Of a stretch of 64,000 nucleotides of DNA, positions 1 through 8,043 are shown in pieces (within the stretch, counting starts at the first letter, position 1; each line of letters begins with the position of its first letter). Source of the stretch: Candidatus Poribacteria bacterium. GTDB lineage: Bacteria; Poribacteria; WGA-4E; JAJDTR01. Location: NCBI GenBank assembly GCA_965222225.1, contig CBDCTK010000002.1, positions 3,744,001 through 3,808,000 of the forward strand, in the 5' to 3' direction. Made by a program: the position numbers and the translations under genes. The notes under the pieces are model-generated. The model made no database searches, was not told where the DNA came from, and saw only the letters and a list, made by a program, of their open reading frames with translations.

Positions 1-471
1 AACGGCATCAAGATTATCGCCTCCGCGGACGCTCACGTCCCGGATGACAAAGAGTTTGAAGTTTTCCCGCCTCATTGTGTCCAAGATACTCCGGGGCAAA
101 AGAAAATCGAAGAAACATCTACAGCGGCTACGGTTGTGCTTAAGAATGACGATTCAGACGCGGCGCAGGCGGACGACATTGAAAACGCCAAGCAGATTCT
201 GTTGGAGAAACAAACTTATGACGTGTTCACCAATCCCAGCGCGCCCGGAATATTTGATGCCGCCGGTGGCGATGAATACGTCGTTTACGGTGTCGCCACC
301 GATTACTGCGTCAAGGCTGCCGCCGTCGGCTTGCTAGAACGCGGATATAAAGTAACGGTGGTCAAAGATGCTATCGCGGCTGTCACGGAGGAAACGGGAG
401 AGGAATCCATCGCGCTGATGGAGGAGATGGGAGCGACGTTCAAGACAACTCATGAGGTCCTCGGCGGGTAA
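1..471 (+). CDS. pncA: Nicotinamidase/isochorismatase-family cysteine hydrolase (5' truncated by window edge)
   Basis: Frame open from base 1: ADAH...FPPHCVQDTPG...KQTYDVF...GVATDYCV, matching PncA metal-binding and catalytic motifs. Confidence 0.85.
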   Translation, partial: NGIKIIASADAHVPDDKEFEVFPPHCVQDTPGQKKIEETSTAATVVLKNDDSDAAQADDIENAKQILLEKQTYDVFTNPSAPGIFDAAGGDEYVVYGVATDYCVKAAAVGLLERGYKVTVVKDAIAAVTEETGEESIALMEEMGATFKTTHEVLGG

Positions 472-483
472 TCGGAGAGATAC

Positions 484-1434
484 ATGAACAGTTGCGGAAA
501 GACCGGTTTGGCGTATCACCCCGATTATGCCAACCATGACACGGGAGCGGGGCACCCCGAACGTCCGGATCGCATAAGAGCAGGAATTCAGGCACTTCAG
601 GCGTCAACCTATTGGGAAGAGCTGCGCCACATTGAGCCAACCCATGCCACCGTGGAGCAAATCCGGTATGTTCACGCCAGCGACTACATCAACCATGTGC
701 ACCGATGCTGTGAACAAGAAATCAACCTTGACTACGATACGCCAGTCGTGAAGGCATCTTTCGATATCGCCCGTCTCTCAACCGGCGGGTTATTGAGGGC
801 AGTCGACGCGGTAATGGCGGGAACGGTTCGTCACGCTTTCGCGCTCGTTCGTCCGCCCGGACATCATGCGACGCCAAGCAGAAGTATGGGATTCTGCCTG
901 TTCAACAACATCGCGGTTGCGGCTCGCTATCTACAACGCGAGCACGGTATCCGCAAGGTAGCGATTATCGATTGGGATGTGCATCACGGCAACGGCACAC
1001 AGGACATTTTCTATGCCGACCCGTCGGTCTTTTTCTTCTCCATTCACCAATCACCGCTATATCCGGGCACGGGCGCAGCCAACCAGACCGGCTCCGGCAA
1101 TGCGGTCGGCACAACGCTCAACGCGCCGGTACCGCCGGGGAGCGATATCGGTACCTATGTGGAAACCTTCAAGGAGGCGCTTACACCTGCGTTGCTGGAC
1201 TTCTCGCCGGATTTCATACTCATCTCAGCCGGATTTGATGCCCACCGGTTAGATCCGTTAGCCACAATCAATCTGACCGGCGAAGGGTTTGCGACACTCA
1301 CCTCAATTGTTGTTGACCTTGCGGCGGAAACAGCCGAGGACAGGATTGTCTCGACGTTGGAGGGTGGATACAGCCTGAAGGGATTATCAGAGTCAATCGT
1401 CGCGCATGTGGGACAGCTCGTAAAGGCCATGTAA
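484..1434 (+). CDS. Zn-dependent histone deacetylase-family protein
   Basis: HPERPDR, RPPGHHA, GFCLFNN, DWDVHHGNGTQ, SAGFDAH, LEGGY motifs. Confidence 0.95.
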   Translation: MNSCGKTGLAYHPDYANHDTGAGHPERPDRIRAGIQALQASTYWEELRHIEPTHATVEQIRYVHASDYINHVHRCCEQEINLDYDTPVVKASFDIARLSTGGLLRAVDAVMAGTVRHAFALVRPPGHHATPSRSMGFCLFNNIAVAARYLQREHGIRKVAIIDWDVHHGNGTQDIFYADPSVFFFSIHQSPLYPGTGAANQTGSGNAVGTTLNAPVPPGSDIGTYVETFKEALTPALLDFSPDFILISAGFDAHRLDPLATINLTGEGFATLTSIVVDLAAETAEDRIVSTLEGGYSLKGLSESIVAHVGQLVKAM

Positions 1435-1456
1435 AAAAGAGGTGAAATAACCCCTG

Positions 1457-1532
1457 AAACCGAGTTTTTTCCCGAAAACTCGGTTTCTTCCCTCCACATT
1501 TCCTTAGCTCTGTAGGGTGGACACCGCCCACC
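1457..1532. repeat. Intergenic palindromes: GAAACCGAGTTTT..AAAACTCGGTTTC hairpin plus an uninterrupted GTAG-REP (GTAGGGTGGACACCGCCCACC, 1512-1532)
   Basis: Inverted repeats seen directly; related hairpin halves recur near 5020, 43090, 46900 and 55845. Confidence 0.75.
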
Positions 1533-1586
1533 ATAACTCTGTTCTATTTCCCTTGAAACCAATCTTGTGTTTGCACAATTTGTAGG

Positions 1587-1656
1587 GATCAAGCGAGCGG
1601 ACAGCGAGCGATCAAACGACCGAACAGGGAGTGCGATAGAAGTCTTATAGAGATCC
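1587..1656 (+). repeat. Two nested GA-hairpin micro-element units
   Basis: Outer unit starts 1587; inner unit 1610-1646 inserted in its 3' arm; directly follows GTAGG. Confidence 0.85.
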
Positions 1657-1684
1657 ATCGTTATTCCCTACCCCAACTGGTCGC

Positions 1685-2389
1685 TTATCTTTTCCGTCCC
1701 ACATGAATCGCGACGATGCCAAGCGTCTTCCGATAAAACCTGACATCCTCCAGTTCCCATGAACACATTATCCGTCCCAATTCTTCACAGTCGGGAAATT
1801 GCATCACAGATTTCGGGAGATAGCCGTAAGCATCGTCTCTGTTCTTTGAGACCAGATTCCCGATAAAGGGCAGAACCTTCGTAAAGTAAAAGTAATAGAA
1901 CCCCCGAAATATCCGATTGTTCGGTTGCGTGAACTCCAAAATCACGACACGTCCGCCGCTGACAGCAACCCGCACCATCTCCCTGATCCCGCTTTCAAGG
2001 TCCGCAACATTGCGAATACCGAACCCGACGGACACCACATCAAATGTGTTTTCCGCAAAGGGGAGTGTGAGTGTATCCGCCTCAATGGGGATAAAAACCT
2101 TCGGACGGTTCTGTTTCACCACCTTCTGCTTGCCGACCGTCAGCATTTCAAAGCAGAAATCTGTCCCGATTACCCCCGCATTCGTTCCCATTTCATCGGC
2201 ATAAGCGAGCGCGAGTTCACCGGTGCCCGTGCAGACATCAAGCACCTTGCTTTCCGGCGTTACGCCGCTAGCGCGAGCGGTGAACCTCCGCCATGAACGA
2301 TCGAACCGTAGGCTCAAGAGCGAATTGAGGAAATCGTACTGCCGCGCTATGCCAGAGAAAATCTTGTGTACGTAGATTGCCTTGTTCAT
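1685..2389 (-). CDS. menG: Demethylmenaquinone/ubiquinone C-methyltransferase
   Basis: YDFLNSLLS, LDVCTGTG (SAM binding), GFGIRNV, AYGYLPKS. Confidence 0.93.
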   Translation of the reverse strand: MNKAIYVHKIFSGIARQYDFLNSLLSLRFDRSWRRFTARASGVTPESKVLDVCTGTGELALAYADEMGTNAGVIGTDFCFEMLTVGKQKVVKQNRPKVFIPIEADTLTLPFAENTFDVVSVGFGIRNVADLESGIREMVRVAVSGGRVVILEFTQPNNRIFRGFYYFYFTKVLPFIGNLVSKNRDDAYGYLPKSVMQFPDCEELGRIMCSWELEDVRFYRKTLGIVAIHVGRKR

Positions 2390-2425
2390 GACGATATTGT
2401 CGTTACAACTTACGCGGTTCGGTTG

Positions 2426-2515
2426 GTAGGAGCGATCTCCGAATCGCGACGTGCCGGGAATCGGAAGGAACCTTTATTGATCAAACGACCGAACAGAGAG
2501 TGCGATAGAGAACCC
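2426..2515 (+). repeat. GTAG-REP plus one GA-hairpin unit (2479-2515)
   Basis: GTAGGAGCGATCTCCGAATCGCG followed by GATCAAACGACCGAACAGAGAGTGCGATAG. Confidence 0.75.
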
Positions 2516-2546
2516 GGTGAAACTCAACTATTTAGCTGAAACCTAA

Positions 2547-4943
2547 TTAGCTACGCAACTCACCACCCAACTCGCCGCTGAGTTTCTCGACTATCTTTTC
2601 GTGAACGCGATCCACCTGTTCATCCGTAAGGGTTTCCGTCGGGGAGGAGTATTCGATGGCATACGCGAGGCTTTTCTTGCCAGCCGGCACTTGGTCTCCG
2701 ATATACAGATCGAACAGGCGCACGGATTTGACCAAAGCGCCGCCGGCAGAATGGATAAGCGCAACGGGACGACTCGCAGGAATATTCGCATCAAGCACGA
2801 TGGCGATGTCTCGATTGACGCTCGGATAGATTGAAATTGGCTCAACCCGCCGCGTCATATCCGACACATCTGCCAAGACCTCGAAATCAAACTCGAACAG
2901 GTACGCCTTGTACCCGAGATCGTAGTTCTCTAGCACCTCCGGGTGGACTTCTCCAAAAATCCCGAGATGTTGCTCGTCCACGGCGACAGACGCATTTCGA
3001 CCCGGATGAAAGAGTGGATGGCGCGCCGGGACGAGCGTGTAATCGGAGATGCCACAGGCGTCGAGCATGCCCTCGACAACTCCTTTGATGTCGAAGAATT
3101 CCGCCGCTCGGTATGGGTCACCATGAACACCAGCCCCCAGATTGCCAGCAATGACACCTGATACGCGCTCGGGTTCGTTCGGCAAGTCGGAATCTCCGCT
3201 GGGCACGAACACTTTGGACATCTCGAAGAGTTGGATATTTTCTACGCGATGGTTTCGATTTCGCTGTGCATTCTCAAGCAGACTGGGGATCAGCGTCGTT
3301 CGCATAATCGACATGTCTTCGCTCAAAGGATTCCGGATTGTGAGCGCATCCCTGGCTCGATTGGACGCTTCGAGTCGTATGCGATCAAGTCCTCGCGGGT
3401 CGTAGAAGGAGTAGTTTACAGCTTCCGTCATTCCCGACGCGATGAGGTGTGTCTTCACCCGTTCCCGCAACTCCGACTTAGATGTCGATGGAGGCGTAGG
3501 AATGTCGCCCGTGGGCATCATTGTCGGAATGTTCTCGTAGCCGTGCACGCGCGCAATTTCCTCGATTAGGTCAATTTCACGACTGACATCCGGGCGAAAC
3601 GTTGGAACCGTGACTTCAAATGTGGGCGAAACGTCGAATCCGAGGCGGGATAAAATTTCAATCATTTCGTCGGAGGAGATTTGTGTACCCAGTACGAAGT
3701 TGGCACGCTCCGGGCGCAACTTCACTTGCACCGGCTGCCGTTTCCCCGGGTAAACATCAAGGATTCCCACCGCGATTTCTCCGTCCGCGAGTTCCGCGAT
3801 TAGCTGCGCCGCGCGGTCGATAGCCGATATAACTCCCTCCGGATCCGCACCGCGTTCGAAACGGTGCGAGGCTTCGGTGTGCATACCCAGCGCTTTTGAG
3901 GTATTTCGAATGCTTGGCGGATGGAAGTAGGCACTCTCAAGCAGCACATCGACCGTTTGGTCGGAGATCTCCGAATCAATTCCGCCCATAACCCCGGCCA
4001 GCGCAACCGGTTTCTCGGCATCAGCAATGACCAGCATGTCCGATGTGAACTTGCGTTCTATTCCATCAATTGTTGTGAGGGTTTCGTCGGGTGCCGCCCG
4101 TCGCACGACAATCCGATTTCCGGCAAGTTTGTGATAATCGAAGGCATGCAGCGGGTGACCCCATTCCATCAGGACAAAGTTGGTAATATCAACGACGTTG
4201 TTGATTGTCCCAACGCCGATTGATTCGAGCTTCCGCTGTAACCATTTCGGTGACAGCGCAATCCTGACGCCTCGAATAACCCGTGCCGCGTATCGCGGAC
4301 ATAACTCCGGGGCGTCAATTGTCACGCTCGTCAGGTCTTGGACATTCGCGACGCCTTCTTGCACGTGGACCGGCGGTAGTTTTAGACGGTTGCCCGTTTC
4401 CGCCCCGATCTCTCGTGCGATGCCAATCATGCTGAGACAATCCGGGCGGTTCGGCGTGATTTCCAGTTCCAAAACAGCGTCGTCCAGCCCTAACGCTTCA
4501 GCTAACGGCGCGCCGATAGAGACATCGTCGGAAAGCGCCATCAAACCCGAGGAGTCGTCACCGATGCCGAGTTCCTTTTCGGAGCAGAGCATTCCGTGCG
4601 ATTCTTCCCCACGGATTTTCGCCGCTTTAATCCTCAAGCCGGTAGCCAATTGAGCCCCAACCAGAGCGACGGGCGCGACCAACTCTTCACGCGCGTTCGG
4701 AGCGCCGCACACAATCTGCAAATCGGCATCCTGTCCCACATCAACAGCACATAAAACCAGTTTGTTTGCATTCGGATGGTTTCTGACTTTTCTGATTCTG
4801 CCTACGGTCACGCCATTCAATCCTTCTCCAAGTTGTTTGATGGATTCGGTCTCAACCCCGAGCATCAACAAACGATCTGCCAATGCCTCCGGAGAAAGGT
4901 CAAAATCAATGTACTCTTTTAACCAGTTTATTGATACATTCAT
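2547..4943 (-). CDS. pheT: Phenylalanyl-tRNA synthetase beta subunit
   Basis: MNVSINWL start, ITPNRPDCLS, RFERG, DLIEEIARVHGY, FDX-ACB C-terminus. Confidence 0.98.
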   Translation of the reverse strand: MNVSINWLKEYIDFDLSPEALADRLLMLGVETESIKQLGEGLNGVTVGRIRKVRNHPNANKLVLCAVDVGQDADLQIVCGAPNAREELVAPVALVGAQLATGLRIKAAKIRGEESHGMLCSEKELGIGDDSSGLMALSDDVSIGAPLAEALGLDDAVLELEITPNRPDCLSMIGIAREIGAETGNRLKLPPVHVQEGVANVQDLTSVTIDAPELCPRYAARVIRGVRIALSPKWLQRKLESIGVGTINNVVDITNFVLMEWGHPLHAFDYHKLAGNRIVVRRAAPDETLTTIDGIERKFTSDMLVIADAEKPVALAGVMGGIDSEISDQTVDVLLESAYFHPPSIRNTSKALGMHTEASHRFERGADPEGVISAIDRAAQLIAELADGEIAVGILDVYPGKRQPVQVKLRPERANFVLGTQISSDEMIEILSRLGFDVSPTFEVTVPTFRPDVSREIDLIEEIARVHGYENIPTMMPTGDIPTPPSTSKSELRERVKTHLIASGMTEAVNYSFYDPRGLDRIRLEASNRARDALTIRNPLSEDMSIMRTTLIPSLLENAQRNRNHRVENIQLFEMSKVFVPSGDSDLPNEPERVSGVIAGNLGAGVHGDPYRAAEFFDIKGVVEGMLDACGISDYTLVPARHPLFHPGRNASVAVDEQHLGIFGEVHPEVLENYDLGYKAYLFEFDFEVLADVSDMTRRVEPISIYPSVNRDIAIVLDANIPASRPVALIHSAGGALVKSVRLFDLYIGDQVPAGKKSLAYAIEYSSPTETLTDEQVDRVHEKIVEKLSGELGGELRS

Positions 4944-5042
4944 AGGTGACGCTTCTCCGCTTTGGAATCATACTTCGCAATAGAACTTACACTCGTCAAA
5001 TTCGTGTTTCCCCTTGAAAACTCGGTTTCTTACCGCTCTTCG

Positions 5043-5084
5043 GTAGGAGCGAGTTTCACTCGCGACCGGGAGATCGCTCCTACA
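5043..5084. repeat. Inverted REP doublet (GTAGGAGCG...CGCTCCTACA)
   Basis: Two GTAG-led REPs facing each other; similar REPs near 7900, 11050, 16260, 33110, 33520 and 46650. Confidence 0.8.
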
Positions 5085-5252
5085 GTTGCATGGTGGGATT
5101 GACGATTCGACAATCGTCAAATCTCCGTTTTCCCCTCGTATTTCCGATGTTTATAAACAACGGGCAGTCCATCATCCGCTCCAGAGGATTGAGGATGGCA
5201 TGGAAGGGAATCTTCCAACCTTCCGCCCTTCCATCCTTCCAATCCAACCCTC

Positions 5253-6269
5253 TCAAAACTGTCGCAAAAACCGTAAATCGTTCTCATAGAGCGCGCGTAT
5301 ATCCGGAATGCCGTAGCGCAGGCTCGCGATGCGCTCAACCCCCATTCCGAACGCAAAACCGGTCACTTCATCCGGATTGTAGTTTGCATATTCGAAGACA
5401 TTCGGATCTACAGCCCCCGCGCCCAAGATCTCGAGCCACCCGGTTCCGGAGCAAGTGCGACAACCCTTGCCGCTGCAAACCGTACAGGAGATATCGACCT
5501 CCGCGCTCGGCTCCGTGAAAGGAAAGAAGTGCGGACGAAACCGCATATCGGTTTGATCGCCGAACATCTGCCGCGCAAAAGACTGGAGAACGCCTTTCAA
5601 CTCACTGAACGTTACATGATGGTCAACCAGCAACCCTTCAACTTGATGGAAGGTCGGTGTATGCGACACATCGTAGTCAAGTCGATATGCTTTACCGGGT
5701 ACAATGATCCGCACCGGCGGTTTATGTTTCTCCATGAAGCGGATTTGAACCGGTGAGGTGTGCGTTCGCAAGAGCACCTCATCCGTGATGTAGAGCGTGT
5801 CCTGCAAATCCCGTGCGGGGTGATCCGCCGGTGTGTTCAGCGCGTCAAAGTTGTAATATTCGTGTTCGATTTCCGGTCCATCGGCGACGTGGAACCCCAT
5901 CCCTCGGAAGATTTGCTGGATACGGTCAAGAATTTGCGTGATGGGGTGCTTTTTCCCCGACTGCGGACGTCTCCCTGGCAAGGTGATATCGATCGCCTCC
6001 GCCGCAAGCTGTTTCTCACGGTCTTGTTGATTTAAACTTTCGCCAACCTCTTCAAAAGCCCTCGTCAGATTCTGCCTCACCTCATTTGCCAGTTTCCCTA
6101 TAATCGGACGTTCCGCCTCGGAGAGTTTCCCCATTCCCCGCATTACGGTAGATAGCAGCCCTTTCCGTCCAAAGTATTTAATCCGAAGTTCCTCAAGATC
6201 GACTGAGTTCGTTACCGCTTTGAGTTCGTAAAGCGCTTCCGCCTCAATTTTCTTCAACTCTTCTTGCAT
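5253..6269 (-). CDS. pheS: Phenylalanyl-tRNA synthetase alpha subunit
   Basis: HPARDLQDT, LRTHTSPVQ, FPFTEPSAE, FGMGVER; ATG at 6269 chosen for its spacing to AGGAGG. Confidence 0.98.
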   Translation of the reverse strand: MQEELKKIEAEALYELKAVTNSVDLEELRIKYFGRKGLLSTVMRGMGKLSEAERPIIGKLANEVRQNLTRAFEEVGESLNQQDREKQLAAEAIDITLPGRRPQSGKKHPITQILDRIQQIFRGMGFHVADGPEIEHEYYNFDALNTPADHPARDLQDTLYITDEVLLRTHTSPVQIRFMEKHKPPVRIIVPGKAYRLDYDVSHTPTFHQVEGLLVDHHVTFSELKGVLQSFARQMFGDQTDMRFRPHFFPFTEPSAEVDISCTVCSGKGCRTCSGTGWLEILGAGAVDPNVFEYANYNPDEVTGFAFGMGVERIASLRYGIPDIRALYENDLRFLRQF

Positions 6270-6290
6270 ACTCACCTCCTGTAGCGCCGC

Positions 6291-6570
6291 AATAAAAAAC
6301 GCCTATCGCTTTCGTCCCTAGGGACGAAAGCGATAGGCGTCAACTTCCGCGGTACCACCCTAATTAACAGATTTCAAAATCTGTTCACTTCGTTGATTGG
6401 TCAATAACAGTGACCTTCCGGCGCGAGCCTACTTTGCCATCTTGACGTTCAACTCGGCGGCTCCAGGATGAAATTCGGCGATCGGTCTCGAAAATGCGCT
6501 TTCAGCCGATGACGCATCCTCCCTAGTCGAGACTCTCCAACCGCTTACTGTGTCCCTTCAAAGCCTTTAT
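6291..6570 (-). ncRNA. Phe-specific T-box riboswitch with intrinsic terminator
   Basis: Minus strand: AGTA, GGGAG...GCTGAAA stem I motifs, GAA-T-TTC specifier (TTC=Phe, 6470-6472), T-box AATTAGGGTGGTACCGCG (6348-6365), 42-nt palindrome 6299-6340 plus U run; directly upstream of pheS. Confidence 0.92.
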
Positions 6571-6636
6571 CGTGATTTATTTGTAGGAAAGATCTCCAAG
6601 CCGCGACCTCCCCTTCCATTTCTATAGCTCTGAACA

Positions 6637-6984
6637 CTAACCTTTTGCCATCTCTACAATCCGACCAAATCCTTTCTCATCGCGAATGGCGAGATCCGCT
6701 AGTACTTTTCGGTTCAGATTGATTCCAGCCTTTTTCAAGCCGTTTATCAGGCGACTATACGAGATTCCATGCGCTCTGGCGGCGGCATTAATGCGCGCAA
6801 TCCACAGTTGTCTGAACTCTCGCTTGCGAGTGCGTCGATGCGCATAGGCGTAATTCCAACCCTTCTCAACCGCCTCAACAGCGGATCGCCTCAGATTGTT
6901 ACGTCCGCCGCGATACCCCTTCGAGTGTTTCAAAATCCTCTTGCGGCTTTTTCGGCGGACACTTCCGGTTTTAACTCTTGCCAT
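6637..6984 (-). CDS. rplT: 50S ribosomal protein L20
   Basis: MARVK...GYRG...[11 protein letters not shown]...[10 protein letters not shown]. Confidence 0.98.
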   Translation of the reverse strand: MARVKTGSVRRKSRKRILKHSKGYRGGRNNLRRSAVEAVEKGWNYAYAHRRTRKREFRQLWIARINAAARAHGISYSRLINGLKKAGINLNRKVLADLAIRDEKGFGRIVEMAKG

Positions 6985-7017
6985 TCTTAACTCCTCAACA
7001 GTAGAACGATTTGAACC

Positions 7018-7212
7018 TCATCCCTGGATCAGGCGATTAAGCCTTTTAACAGTTGTAGCATCGGCAAGGGTACTCCGCCGTAACCGCCGTTTACGTTTCG
7101 TCGTCTTGGTCAAAAACAGATGGCCCGAATTGGCGCGATGTCTACGGATTTTACCCGTGCCAGTTAATTTGAATCGCTTCGCTGCCCCTTTATGCGTTTT
7201 TATTTTTGGCAT
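7018..7212 (-). CDS. rpmI: 50S ribosomal protein L35
   Basis: [21 protein letters not shown]; synteny. Confidence 0.98.
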   Translation of the reverse strand: MPKIKTHKGAAKRFKLTGTGKIRRHRANSGHLFLTKTTKRKRRLRRSTLADATTVKRLNRLIQG

Positions 7213-7241
7213 TCAGCTTATCCTCAATTAGCCTTCAACTG

Positions 7242-7799
7242 CTAGGGTGATTTTTGTGATGAATTTGGCGTAAGAATCATAAGCATAACTCGCGTTTCCA
7301 TCCGAGGCGGTTGCTCAACGTCGGCTATTTCGGAAACATCTTTTGCAAGCCGCTCCAACTTCAACCTTCCGAGACTTGTGTGCAACATCTCACGTCCCTT
7401 GAATCTGACCTCAGCCTTGACTTTCCAGCCTTGGGACAAAAACTCCTCGGCGTGCCGTTTCTTGAATTGATAGTCATGCTCCGCCGTATCAGATCGCAAT
7501 TGGATTGTCTTCAAGACAACCTTTGCCTGTTTCTTTTTGGCTTCTTTCGCCCGTTTGCTCTTCTCATACTGGAACTTGCCGTAATCCATAATTCGGCAAA
7601 CAGGCGGATCCGCGTTGGGCGACACCTCTACCAAATCCATTCCTGCCGCTTCGGCACGTTCTACGCCTTCTCTGGTCAAAATGACGCCGAGCTGTTGATT
7701 GTCTTGATCGATTACCAAGACTTCCTTTGCCCGAATCTGGCGGTTTACTTTGTTTTGCGGCTGCCCCTTTTTTGGGAGCCGTCTACCTCTATGCTGTAT
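7242..7799 (-). CDS. infC: Translation initiation factor IF-3, non-canonical ATA start
   Basis: VNRQIRAKEVLVID...DLVEVSPNADPPVCRIMDYGK; GGAGGTG SD precedes ATA at 7799, and an in-frame TGA lies just upstream. Confidence 0.93.
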   Translation of the reverse strand: MQHRGRRLPKKGQPQNKVNRQIRAKEVLVIDQDNQQLGVILTREGVERAEAAGMDLVEVSPNADPPVCRIMDYGKFQYEKSKRAKEAKKKQAKVVLKTIQLRSDTAEHDYQFKKRHAEEFLSQGWKVKAEVRFKGREMLHTSLGRLKLERLAKDVSEIADVEQPPRMETRVMLMILTPNSSQKSP

Positions 7800-8043
7800 T
7801 TTTCACACCTCCATGTGCGTGACCGGCTTTTATCCGTCAAAGAAATTAATGCATGACGTTAAGACATCATCTAGTAAGCAGAAGACCGTGACTGCGCGAT
7901 TGCTCCTACAGTAGATTTGTGGTTTCCAACATCTCAATCACGGGCGGTAAACAGAGATTGCCTTGTATTCTAGCATATTCGGATGGCAGATGCAAGCCAA
8001 AATCCCTCGTGAACATTCAGGAACCCTGTTACCGCGAATGATT

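Noticed and set aside
7797-7799. ATA start codon of infC as a novelty
   Set aside because: Non-canonical infC starts are established autoregulation
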